Assembly: GCF_004010195.1 (NCBI RefSeq)
Contig: NW_025213786.1
Coordinates: forward strand, 1-36,000
DNA length: 36,000 nucleotides
DNA from: Chiloscyllium plagiosum
Taxonomy: Eukaryota
Direction of reading: 5' to 3'
The translations under genes and the position numbers were made by a program. A model generated the notes under the pieces. It was not told the origin of the DNA, did not search any database, and saw nothing but the letters and a program-made list of their open reading frames with translations. This document shows, one piece after another, positions 1 through 16,300 of the stretch (its first letter is position 1; each line of letters begins with the position of its first letter).

Positions 1-53
1 TGCCTGACCCATGGGCAGCAGGTCGTGTGCAGGGTTGAGGCCTATTCCAGTTA

Positions 54-107
54 CCATAGAGACCTACAGCACAGAGAAAGGCCTTCCAGCCTGTCACGTC
101 TGTTCTG
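54..107 (-). mobile_element. Short 3'-terminal remnant of a CR1-type LINE (or a SINE sharing that tail)
   Basis: The reverse complement reads CAGAACAGACGTGACAGGCTGGAAGGCCTTTCTCTGTGCTGTAGGTCTCTATGG. This resembles the CR1/HER1-type 3' end as I recall it (GGGCCGAAGGGCCTGTTTCTGTGCTGTA...CTCTATG) and the tail of the SINE at ~449-492 in this window. Short and diverged. Confidence 0.55.
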
Positions 108-243
108 AGGTTCTCACTGAATTAGTAATTCCAGAGATCAGACCTCAGAACCAAGGAGGGATGAACCCCGATCCCCCCAAGGCCATTCAGAGAACTTAAC
201 ATCTGTCCAAGAGATAATCTAGTAATAAAGAACTAGACTGAAT

Positions 244-495
244 GGGTGGCACGTTGACTCATTGGTCAGCACTGCTGCCTCACAGCGCCAGGGACCCAGC
301 TTCAATCCCACCTTTGGGTGGAGTTTTGCACATTCACCCCGTGTCTGTGTGGGAGAGGGGGAGGTTCGGTGGACTGGCCAAGATAAATGCAGGGTTACGG
401 GAATAGGGTAGGTGGACGGGATGCTGTTCGGAGGGTCAGGGTGGATTCGATGGGCTGAACGGCCTGCTTCCATACTGCAGGGATTCCATGATCTT
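244..495 (+). mobile_element. tRNA-derived SINE, V-SINE/HE1-like (cartilaginous-fish type), internally deleted
   Basis: The head GGGTGGCACG...GGTCAGCACTGCTGCCTCACAGCGCCAGGGACCC has degenerate Pol III A and B boxes. A V-domain-like GTGGAGTTTTGCACATTCACCCCGTGTCTGTGTGGG lies at 318-353. The tail GATGGGCTGAACGGCCTGCTTCCATACTGCAGGGATTCCATGAT is CR1-like. The 3' boundary is approximate. Confidence 0.85.
255..309 (+). promoter_or_regulatory. Degenerate internal RNA Pol III promoter (A box and B box) of the SINE
   Basis: A-box-like TGACTCATTGG (255-265) and B-box-like GCTTCAATCCC (299-309) at tRNA-like spacing. Both deviate from consensus, so the promoter is probably inactive. Confidence 0.55.
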
Positions 496-651
496 AAATC
501 TATCGAATTCCCACGCTCACTTAATTGTTTCACAAATATCTATGATGGAAGGAAGCCAGAAATCCTGACTGTGTCTGAGCTGAGATCTGTTCCCAGGGTC
601 AAGAAGCCAAAGGCTGCCTAAGGATATTTGAACCAGAGGCCGAGAGCCAGC

Positions 652-696
652 GCAATGGTGTGGGCAATAAAGATTGGCCTTGCCAAGATGTCAAAC
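652..696 (+). mobile_element. Possible highly decayed 3' end of a LINE
   Basis: GCAATGGTGTGGGCAATAAAGATTGGCCTTGCCAAGATGTC resembles a recalled shark LINE terminus (GGGCAATAAATGCTGGCCTTGCCAGCGATGCCC). The match is short and from memory only. Confidence 0.3.
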
Positions 697-1022
697 TTTT
701 GAGAAGGAGTCAAGTAACACTGCCCAGTGCAGGAGGAAATCTAGAGAATATCTAAATGGCTTTGGCTAGCAGCAGATGGTGCTGTCCATTTTGAGGGGTC
801 AGAGTTTATAAATAACCACTTTTACTTCCAGAATTGAAACAAGTTGCACATATTCTCCTCGACAGAAATGCAGGAGTTATTAAACTCCAGACGGCTGCTG
901 GTGGTGAGATCAGAGACAGGTTCAGTACAGTCAGCCTGATGTCAGCACCACTTCAGTATCCCCGAGGATAGCCTGATTTCACAGCCACGGTGAAATCCAA
1001 TAGGGTCCACGCGATGGGAAAA

Positions 1023-1055
1023 CCTGTGAGAGAAACACACAGGAAATCCAATTAG
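1023..1055 (-). other. Putative spliceosomal 3' splice acceptor (branch point, pyrimidine-rich tract, CAG|G)
   Basis: The minus strand reads CTAAT-TGGA-TTTCCTGTGTGTTTCTCTCACAG|GTTTTCCC. The branch-like CTAAT is at 1055-1051, about 29 nt upstream of the junction. The AG is at 1025-1024 with no intervening AG, and the first exon base would be 1023. Confidence 0.5.
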
Positions 1056-1189
1056 GCTTCCCTTGATATTAGGAGCAATTGGCTGCATCTTTTCTGTACC
1101 TGCTGAAGGTTGCAGTGAGTTCCTCACGAGGCACTGCCCAGAGGCCAATCAAGGTGGAATTATTGTCCTTGAAATGTACCATAATCTGT

Positions 1190-1384
1190 ACTACACGGGC
1201 ACACTACACGGGCACACTACACAGACACACTACACAGACACACTACACAGACAAACTACACAGACACACTACACAGACACACTACACAGACACACTACAC
1301 AGACACACTACACAGACACACTACACAGACACACTACACAGAAACACTACACAGACAAACTACACAGACACACTACACAGACAA
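1190..1384. repeat. Variant-unit zone at the left edge of the array (first 15 units)
   Basis: Units 1-2 are ACTACACGGGCAC (G instead of A at 1197, 1199, 1210, 1212). ACTACACAGACAA occurs three times (C>A at 1254, 1358, 1384) and ACTACACAGAAAC once (C>A at 1343). Confidence 0.95.
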
Positions 1385-4300
1385 ACTACACAGACACACT
1401 ACACAGACACACTACACAGACACACTACACAGACACACTACACAGACACACTACACAGACACACTACACAGACACACTACACAGACACACTACACAGACA
1501 CACTACACAGACACACTACACAGACACACTACACAGACACACTACACAGACACACTACACAGACACACTACACAGACACACTACACAGACACACTACACA
1601 GACACACTACACAGACACACTACACAGACACACTACACAGACACACTACACAGACACACTACACAGACACACTACACAGACACACTACACAGACACACTA
1701 CACAGACACACTACACAGACACACTACACAGACACACTACACAGACACACTACACAGACACACTACACAGACACACTACACAGACACACTACACAGACAC
1801 ACTACACAGACACACTACACAGACACACTACACAGACACACTACACAGACACACTACACAGACACACTACACAGACACACTACACAGACACACTACACAG
1901 ACACACTACACAGACACACTACACAGACACACTACACAGACACACTACACAGACACACTACACAGACACACTACACAGACACACTACACAGACACACTAC
2001 ACAGACACACTACACAGACACACTACACAGACACACTACACAGACACACTACACAGACACACTACACAGACACACTACACAGACACACTACACAGACACA
2101 CTACACAGACACACTACACAGACACACTACACAGACACACTACACAGACACACTACACAGACACACTACACAGACACACTACACAGACACACTACACAGA
2201 CACACTACACAGACACACTACACAGACACACTACACAGACACACTACACAGACACACTACACAGACACACTACACAGACACACTACACAGACACACTACA
2301 CAGACACACTACACAGACACACTACACAGACACACTACACAGACACACTACACAGACACACTACACAGACACACTACACAGACACACTACACAGACACAC
2401 TACACAGACACACTACACAGACACACTACACAGACACACTACACAGACACACTACACAGACACACTACACAGACACACTACACAGACACACTACACAGAC
2501 ACACTACACAGACACACTACACAGACACACTACACAGACACACTACACAGACACACTACACAGACACACTACACAGACACACTACACAGACACACTACAC
2601 AGACACACTACACAGACACACTACACAGACACACTACACAGACACACTACACAGACACACTACACAGACACACTACACAGACACACTACACAGACACACT
2701 ACACAGACACACTACACAGACACACTACACAGACACACTACACAGACACACTACACAGACACACTACACAGACACACTACACAGACACACTACACAGACA
2801 CACTACACAGACACACTACACAGACACACTACACAGACACACTACACAGACACACTACACAGACACACTACACAGACACACTACACAGACACACTACACA
2901 GACACACTACACAGACACACTACACAGACACACTACACAGACACACTACACAGACACACTACACAGACACACTACACAGACACACTACACAGACACACTA
3001 CACAGACACACTACACAGACACACTACACAGACACACTACACAGACACACTACACAGACACACTACACAGACACACTACACAGACACACTACACAGACAC
3101 ACTACACAGACACACTACACAGACACACTACACAGACACACTACACAGACACACTACACAGACACACTACACAGACACACTACACAGACACACTACACAG
3201 ACACACTACACAGACACACTACACAGACACACTACACAGACACACTACACAGACACACTACACAGACACACTACACAGACACACTACACAGACACACTAC
3301 ACAGACACACTACACAGACACACTACACAGACACACTACACAGACACACTACACAGACACACTACACAGACACACTACACAGACACACTACACAGACACA
3401 CTACACAGACACACTACACAGACACACTACACAGACACACTACACAGACACACTACACAGACACACTACACAGACACACTACACAGACACACTACACAGA
3501 CACACTACACAGACACACTACACAGACACACTACACAGACACACTACACAGACACACTACACAGACACACTACACAGACACACTACACAGACACACTACA
3601 CAGACACACTACACAGACACACTACACAGACACACTACACAGACACACTACACAGACACACTACACAGACACACTACACAGACACACTACACAGACACAC
3701 TACACAGACACACTACACAGACACACTACACAGACACACTACACAGACACACTACACAGACACACTACACAGACACACTACACAGACACACTACACAGAC
3801 ACACTACACAGACACACTACACAGACACACTACACAGACACACTACACAGACACACTACACAGACACACTACACAGACACACTACACAGACACACTACAC
3901 AGACACACTACACAGACACACTACACAGACACACTACACAGACACACTACACAGACACACTACACAGACACACTACACAGACACACTACACAGACACACT
4001 ACACAGACACACTACACAGACACACTACACAGACACACTACACAGACACACTACACAGACACACTACACAGACACACTACACAGACACACTACACAGACA
4101 CACTACACAGACACACTACACAGACACACTACACAGACACACTACACAGACACACTACACAGACACACTACACAGACACACTACACAGACACACTACACA
4201 GACACACTACACAGACACACTACACAGACACACTACACAGACACACTACACAGACACACTACACAGACACACTACACAGACACACTACACAGACACACTA

Positions 4301-7300
4301 CACAGACACACTACACAGACACACTACACAGACACACTACACAGACACACTACACAGACACACTACACAGACACACTACACAGACACACTACACAGACAC
4401 ACTACACAGACACACTACACAGACACACTACACAGACACACTACACAGACACACTACACAGACACACTACACAGACACACTACACAGACACACTACACAG
4501 ACACACTACACAGACACACTACACAGACACACTACACAGACACACTACACAGACACACTACACAGACACACTACACAGACACACTACACAGACACACTAC
4601 ACAGACACACTACACAGACACACTACACAGACACACTACACAGACACACTACACAGACACACTACACAGACACACTACACAGACACACTACACAGACACA
4701 CTACACAGACACACTACACAGACACACTACACAGACACACTACACAGACACACTACACAGACACACTACACAGACACACTACACAGACACACTACACAGA
4801 CACACTACACAGACACACTACACAGACACACTACACAGACACACTACACAGACACACTACACAGACACACTACACAGACACACTACACAGACACACTACA
4901 CAGACACACTACACAGACACACTACACAGACACACTACACAGACACACTACACAGACACACTACACAGACACACTACACAGACACACTACACAGACACAC
5001 TACACAGACACACTACACAGACACACTACACAGACACACTACACAGACACACTACACAGACACACTACACAGACACACTACACAGACACACTACACAGAC
5101 ACACTACACAGACACACTACACAGACACACTACACAGACACACTACACAGACACACTACACAGACACACTACACAGACACACTACACAGACACACTACAC
5201 AGACACACTACACAGACACACTACACAGACACACTACACAGACACACTACACAGACACACTACACAGACACACTACACAGACACACTACACAGACACACT
5301 ACACAGACACACTACACAGACACACTACACAGACACACTACACAGACACACTACACAGACACACTACACAGACACACTACACAGACACACTACACAGACA
5401 CACTACACAGACACACTACACAGACACACTACACAGACACACTACACAGACACACTACACAGACACACTACACAGACACACTACACAGACACACTACACA
5501 GACACACTACACAGACACACTACACAGACACACTACACAGACACACTACACAGACACACTACACAGACACACTACACAGACACACTACACAGACACACTA
5601 CACAGACACACTACACAGACACACTACACAGACACACTACACAGACACACTACACAGACACACTACACAGACACACTACACAGACACACTACACAGACAC
5701 ACTACACAGACACACTACACAGACACACTACACAGACACACTACACAGACACACTACACAGACACACTACACAGACACACTACACAGACACACTACACAG
5801 ACACACTACACAGACACACTACACAGACACACTACACAGACACACTACACAGACACACTACACAGACACACTACACAGACACACTACACAGACACACTAC
5901 ACAGACACACTACACAGACACACTACACAGACACACTACACAGACACACTACACAGACACACTACACAGACACACTACACAGACACACTACACAGACACA
6001 CTACACAGACACACTACACAGACACACTACACAGACACACTACACAGACACACTACACAGACACACTACACAGACACACTACACAGACACACTACACAGA
6101 CACACTACACAGACACACTACACAGACACACTACACAGACACACTACACAGACACACTACACAGACACACTACACAGACACACTACACAGACACACTACA
6201 CAGACACACTACACAGACACACTACACAGACACACTACACAGACACACTACACAGACACACTACACAGACACACTACACAGACACACTACACAGACACAC
6301 TACACAGACACACTACACAGACACACTACACAGACACACTACACAGACACACTACACAGACACACTACACAGACACACTACACAGACACACTACACAGAC
6401 ACACTACACAGACACACTACACAGACACACTACACAGACACACTACACAGACACACTACACAGACACACTACACAGACACACTACACAGACACACTACAC
6501 AGACACACTACACAGACACACTACACAGACACACTACACAGACACACTACACAGACACACTACACAGACACACTACACAGACACACTACACAGACACACT
6601 ACACAGACACACTACACAGACACACTACACAGACACACTACACAGACACACTACACAGACACACTACACAGACACACTACACAGACACACTACACAGACA
6701 CACTACACAGACACACTACACAGACACACTACACAGACACACTACACAGACACACTACACAGACACACTACACAGACACACTACACAGACACACTACACA
6801 GACACACTACACAGACACACTACACAGACACACTACACAGACACACTACACAGACACACTACACAGACACACTACACAGACACACTACACAGACACACTA
6901 CACAGACACACTACACAGACACACTACACAGACACACTACACAGACACACTACACAGACACACTACACAGACACACTACACAGACACACTACACAGACAC
7001 ACTACACAGACACACTACACAGACACACTACACAGACACACTACACAGACACACTACACAGACACACTACACAGACACACTACACAGACACACTACACAG
7101 ACACACTACACAGACACACTACACAGACACACTACACAGACACACTACACAGACACACTACACAGACACACTACACAGACACACTACACAGACACACTAC
7201 ACAGACACACTACACAGACACACTACACAGACACACTACACAGACACACTACACAGACACACTACACAGACACACTACACAGACACACTACACAGACACA

Positions 7301-10300
7301 CTACACAGACACACTACACAGACACACTACACAGACACACTACACAGACACACTACACAGACACACTACACAGACACACTACACAGACACACTACACAGA
7401 CACACTACACAGACACACTACACAGACACACTACACAGACACACTACACAGACACACTACACAGACACACTACACAGACACACTACACAGACACACTACA
7501 CAGACACACTACACAGACACACTACACAGACACACTACACAGACACACTACACAGACACACTACACAGACACACTACACAGACACACTACACAGACACAC
7601 TACACAGACACACTACACAGACACACTACACAGACACACTACACAGACACACTACACAGACACACTACACAGACACACTACACAGACACACTACACAGAC
7701 ACACTACACAGACACACTACACAGACACACTACACAGACACACTACACAGACACACTACACAGACACACTACACAGACACACTACACAGACACACTACAC
7801 AGACACACTACACAGACACACTACACAGACACACTACACAGACACACTACACAGACACACTACACAGACACACTACACAGACACACTACACAGACACACT
7901 ACACAGACACACTACACAGACACACTACACAGACACACTACACAGACACACTACACAGACACACTACACAGACACACTACACAGACACACTACACAGACA
8001 CACTACACAGACACACTACACAGACACACTACACAGACACACTACACAGACACACTACACAGACACACTACACAGACACACTACACAGACACACTACACA
8101 GACACACTACACAGACACACTACACAGACACACTACACAGACACACTACACAGACACACTACACAGACACACTACACAGACACACTACACAGACACACTA
8201 CACAGACACACTACACAGACACACTACACAGACACACTACACAGACACACTACACAGACACACTACACAGACACACTACACAGACACACTACACAGACAC
8301 ACTACACAGACACACTACACAGACACACTACACAGACACACTACACAGACACACTACACAGACACACTACACAGACACACTACACAGACACACTACACAG
8401 ACACACTACACAGACACACTACACAGACACACTACACAGACACACTACACAGACACACTACACAGACACACTACACAGACACACTACACAGACACACTAC
8501 ACAGACACACTACACAGACACACTACACAGACACACTACACAGACACACTACACAGACACACTACACAGACACACTACACAGACACACTACACAGACACA
8601 CTACACAGACACACTACACAGACACACTACACAGACACACTACACAGACACACTACACAGACACACTACACAGACACACTACACAGACACACTACACAGA
8701 CACACTACACAGACACACTACACAGACACACTACACAGACACACTACACAGACACACTACACAGACACACTACACAGACACACTACACAGACACACTACA
8801 CAGACACACTACACAGACACACTACACAGACACACTACACAGACACACTACACAGACACACTACACAGACACACTACACAGACACACTACACAGACACAC
8901 TACACAGACACACTACACAGACACACTACACAGACACACTACACAGACACACTACACAGACACACTACACAGACACACTACACAGACACACTACACAGAC
9001 ACACTACACAGACACACTACACAGACACACTACACAGACACACTACACAGACACACTACACAGACACACTACACAGACACACTACACAGACACACTACAC
9101 AGACACACTACACAGACACACTACACAGACACACTACACAGACACACTACACAGACACACTACACAGACACACTACACAGACACACTACACAGACACACT
9201 ACACAGACACACTACACAGACACACTACACAGACACACTACACAGACACACTACACAGACACACTACACAGACACACTACACAGACACACTACACAGACA
9301 CACTACACAGACACACTACACAGACACACTACACAGACACACTACACAGACACACTACACAGACACACTACACAGACACACTACACAGACACACTACACA
9401 GACACACTACACAGACACACTACACAGACACACTACACAGACACACTACACAGACACACTACACAGACACACTACACAGACACACTACACAGACACACTA
9501 CACAGACACACTACACAGACACACTACACAGACACACTACACAGACACACTACACAGACACACTACACAGACACACTACACAGACACACTACACAGACAC
9601 ACTACACAGACACACTACACAGACACACTACACAGACACACTACACAGACACACTACACAGACACACTACACAGACACACTACACAGACACACTACACAG
9701 ACACACTACACAGACACACTACACAGACACACTACACAGACACACTACACAGACACACTACACAGACACACTACACAGACACACTACACAGACACACTAC
9801 ACAGACACACTACACAGACACACTACACAGACACACTACACAGACACACTACACAGACACACTACACAGACACACTACACAGACACACTACACAGACACA
9901 CTACACAGACACACTACACAGACACACTACACAGACACACTACACAGACACACTACACAGACACACTACACAGACACACTACACAGACACACTACACAGA
10001 CACACTACACAGACACACTACACAGACACACTACACAGACACACTACACAGACACACTACACAGACACACTACACAGACACACTACACAGACACACTACA
10101 CAGACACACTACACAGACACACTACACAGACACACTACACAGACACACTACACAGACACACTACACAGACACACTACACAGACACACTACACAGACACAC
10201 TACACAGACACACTACACAGACACACTACACAGACACACTACACAGACACACTACACAGACACACTACACAGACACACTACACAGACACACTACACAGAC

Positions 10301-13300
10301 ACACTACACAGACACACTACACAGACACACTACACAGACACACTACACAGACACACTACACAGACACACTACACAGACACACTACACAGACACACTACAC
10401 AGACACACTACACAGACACACTACACAGACACACTACACAGACACACTACACAGACACACTACACAGACACACTACACAGACACACTACACAGACACACT
10501 ACACAGACACACTACACAGACACACTACACAGACACACTACACAGACACACTACACAGACACACTACACAGACACACTACACAGACACACTACACAGACA
10601 CACTACACAGACACACTACACAGACACACTACACAGACACACTACACAGACACACTACACAGACACACTACACAGACACACTACACAGACACACTACACA
10701 GACACACTACACAGACACACTACACAGACACACTACACAGACACACTACACAGACACACTACACAGACACACTACACAGACACACTACACAGACACACTA
10801 CACAGACACACTACACAGACACACTACACAGACACACTACACAGACACACTACACAGACACACTACACAGACACACTACACAGACACACTACACAGACAC
10901 ACTACACAGACACACTACACAGACACACTACACAGACACACTACACAGACACACTACACAGACACACTACACAGACACACTACACAGACACACTACACAG
11001 ACACACTACACAGACACACTACACAGACACACTACACAGACACACTACACAGACACACTACACAGACACACTACACAGACACACTACACAGACACACTAC
11101 ACAGACACACTACACAGACACACTACACAGACACACTACACAGACACACTACACAGACACACTACACAGACACACTACACAGACACACTACACAGACACA
11201 CTACACAGACACACTACACAGACACACTACACAGACACACTACACAGACACACTACACAGACACACTACACAGACACACTACACAGACACACTACACAGA
11301 CACACTACACAGACACACTACACAGACACACTACACAGACACACTACACAGACACACTACACAGACACACTACACAGACACACTACACAGACACACTACA
11401 CAGACACACTACACAGACACACTACACAGACACACTACACAGACACACTACACAGACACACTACACAGACACACTACACAGACACACTACACAGACACAC
11501 TACACAGACACACTACACAGACACACTACACAGACACACTACACAGACACACTACACAGACACACTACACAGACACACTACACAGACACACTACACAGAC
11601 ACACTACACAGACACACTACACAGACACACTACACAGACACACTACACAGACACACTACACAGACACACTACACAGACACACTACACAGACACACTACAC
11701 AGACACACTACACAGACACACTACACAGACACACTACACAGACACACTACACAGACACACTACACAGACACACTACACAGACACACTACACAGACACACT
11801 ACACAGACACACTACACAGACACACTACACAGACACACTACACAGACACACTACACAGACACACTACACAGACACACTACACAGACACACTACACAGACA
11901 CACTACACAGACACACTACACAGACACACTACACAGACACACTACACAGACACACTACACAGACACACTACACAGACACACTACACAGACACACTACACA
12001 GACACACTACACAGACACACTACACAGACACACTACACAGACACACTACACAGACACACTACACAGACACACTACACAGACACACTACACAGACACACTA
12101 CACAGACACACTACACAGACACACTACACAGACACACTACACAGACACACTACACAGACACACTACACAGACACACTACACAGACACACTACACAGACAC
12201 ACTACACAGACACACTACACAGACACACTACACAGACACACTACACAGACACACTACACAGACACACTACACAGACACACTACACAGACACACTACACAG
12301 ACACACTACACAGACACACTACACAGACACACTACACAGACACACTACACAGACACACTACACAGACACACTACACAGACACACTACACAGACACACTAC
12401 ACAGACACACTACACAGACACACTACACAGACACACTACACAGACACACTACACAGACACACTACACAGACACACTACACAGACACACTACACAGACACA
12501 CTACACAGACACACTACACAGACACACTACACAGACACACTACACAGACACACTACACAGACACACTACACAGACACACTACACAGACACACTACACAGA
12601 CACACTACACAGACACACTACACAGACACACTACACAGACACACTACACAGACACACTACACAGACACACTACACAGACACACTACACAGACACACTACA
12701 CAGACACACTACACAGACACACTACACAGACACACTACACAGACACACTACACAGACACACTACACAGACACACTACACAGACACACTACACAGACACAC
12801 TACACAGACACACTACACAGACACACTACACAGACACACTACACAGACACACTACACAGACACACTACACAGACACACTACACAGACACACTACACAGAC
12901 ACACTACACAGACACACTACACAGACACACTACACAGACACACTACACAGACACACTACACAGACACACTACACAGACACACTACACAGACACACTACAC
13001 AGACACACTACACAGACACACTACACAGACACACTACACAGACACACTACACAGACACACTACACAGACACACTACACAGACACACTACACAGACACACT
13101 ACACAGACACACTACACAGACACACTACACAGACACACTACACAGACACACTACACAGACACACTACACAGACACACTACACAGACACACTACACAGACA
13201 CACTACACAGACACACTACACAGACACACTACACAGACACACTACACAGACACACTACACAGACACACTACACAGACACACTACACAGACACACTACACA

Positions 13301-16300
13301 GACACACTACACAGACACACTACACAGACACACTACACAGACACACTACACAGACACACTACACAGACACACTACACAGACACACTACACAGACACACTA
13401 CACAGACACACTACACAGACACACTACACAGACACACTACACAGACACACTACACAGACACACTACACAGACACACTACACAGACACACTACACAGACAC
13501 ACTACACAGACACACTACACAGACACACTACACAGACACACTACACAGACACACTACACAGACACACTACACAGACACACTACACAGACACACTACACAG
13601 ACACACTACACAGACACACTACACAGACACACTACACAGACACACTACACAGACACACTACACAGACACACTACACAGACACACTACACAGACACACTAC
13701 ACAGACACACTACACAGACACACTACACAGACACACTACACAGACACACTACACAGACACACTACACAGACACACTACACAGACACACTACACAGACACA
13801 CTACACAGACACACTACACAGACACACTACACAGACACACTACACAGACACACTACACAGACACACTACACAGACACACTACACAGACACACTACACAGA
13901 CACACTACACAGACACACTACACAGACACACTACACAGACACACTACACAGACACACTACACAGACACACTACACAGACACACTACACAGACACACTACA
14001 CAGACACACTACACAGACACACTACACAGACACACTACACAGACACACTACACAGACACACTACACAGACACACTACACAGACACACTACACAGACACAC
14101 TACACAGACACACTACACAGACACACTACACAGACACACTACACAGACACACTACACAGACACACTACACAGACACACTACACAGACACACTACACAGAC
14201 ACACTACACAGACACACTACACAGACACACTACACAGACACACTACACAGACACACTACACAGACACACTACACAGACACACTACACAGACACACTACAC
14301 AGACACACTACACAGACACACTACACAGACACACTACACAGACACACTACACAGACACACTACACAGACACACTACACAGACACACTACACAGACACACT
14401 ACACAGACACACTACACAGACACACTACACAGACACACTACACAGACACACTACACAGACACACTACACAGACACACTACACAGACACACTACACAGACA
14501 CACTACACAGACACACTACACAGACACACTACACAGACACACTACACAGACACACTACACAGACACACTACACAGACACACTACACAGACACACTACACA
14601 GACACACTACACAGACACACTACACAGACACACTACACAGACACACTACACAGACACACTACACAGACACACTACACAGACACACTACACAGACACACTA
14701 CACAGACACACTACACAGACACACTACACAGACACACTACACAGACACACTACACAGACACACTACACAGACACACTACACAGACACACTACACAGACAC
14801 ACTACACAGACACACTACACAGACACACTACACAGACACACTACACAGACACACTACACAGACACACTACACAGACACACTACACAGACACACTACACAG
14901 ACACACTACACAGACACACTACACAGACACACTACACAGACACACTACACAGACACACTACACAGACACACTACACAGACACACTACACAGACACACTAC
15001 ACAGACACACTACACAGACACACTACACAGACACACTACACAGACACACTACACAGACACACTACACAGACACACTACACAGACACACTACACAGACACA
15101 CTACACAGACACACTACACAGACACACTACACAGACACACTACACAGACACACTACACAGACACACTACACAGACACACTACACAGACACACTACACAGA
15201 CACACTACACAGACACACTACACAGACACACTACACAGACACACTACACAGACACACTACACAGACACACTACACAGACACACTACACAGACACACTACA
15301 CAGACACACTACACAGACACACTACACAGACACACTACACAGACACACTACACAGACACACTACACAGACACACTACACAGACACACTACACAGACACAC
15401 TACACAGACACACTACACAGACACACTACACAGACACACTACACAGACACACTACACAGACACACTACACAGACACACTACACAGACACACTACACAGAC
15501 ACACTACACAGACACACTACACAGACACACTACACAGACACACTACACAGACACACTACACAGACACACTACACAGACACACTACACAGACACACTACAC
15601 AGACACACTACACAGACACACTACACAGACACACTACACAGACACACTACACAGACACACTACACAGACACACTACACAGACACACTACACAGACACACT
15701 ACACAGACACACTACACAGACACACTACACAGACACACTACACAGACACACTACACAGACACACTACACAGACACACTACACAGACACACTACACAGACA
15801 CACTACACAGACACACTACACAGACACACTACACAGACACACTACACAGACACACTACACAGACACACTACACAGACACACTACACAGACACACTACACA
15901 GACACACTACACAGACACACTACACAGACACACTACACAGACACACTACACAGACACACTACACAGACACACTACACAGACACACTACACAGACACACTA
16001 CACAGACACACTACACAGACACACTACACAGACACACTACACAGACACACTACACAGACACACTACACAGACACACTACACAGACACACTACACAGACAC
16101 ACTACACAGACACACTACACAGACACACTACACAGACACACTACACAGACACACTACACAGACACACTACACAGACACACTACACAGACACACTACACAG
16201 ACACACTACACAGACACACTACACAGACACACTACACAGACACACTACACAGACACACTACACAGACACACTACACAGACACACTACACAGACACACTAC

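Noticed and set aside
244..320. tRNA gene
   Set aside because: The boxes are degenerate, no complete cloverleaf is evident, and the sequence continues into a SINE body and tail.
11..621. Short ORFs 11-199, 219-533 and 412-621 as genes
   Set aside because: They are short, have no recognisable domains and overlap SINE or LINE remnants.
224..671. AATAAA at 224-229 and 666-671 as poly(A) signals
   Set aside because: No + strand gene is evident upstream in the window. The second lies in a possible LINE remnant, and such hexamers occur by chance.
942..1148. 68-aa minus-strand ORF as a stand-alone gene
   Set aside because: It has a non-ATG start and no recognisable domain, and it reads through a probable splice acceptor. 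At most its 3' part could be exonic.
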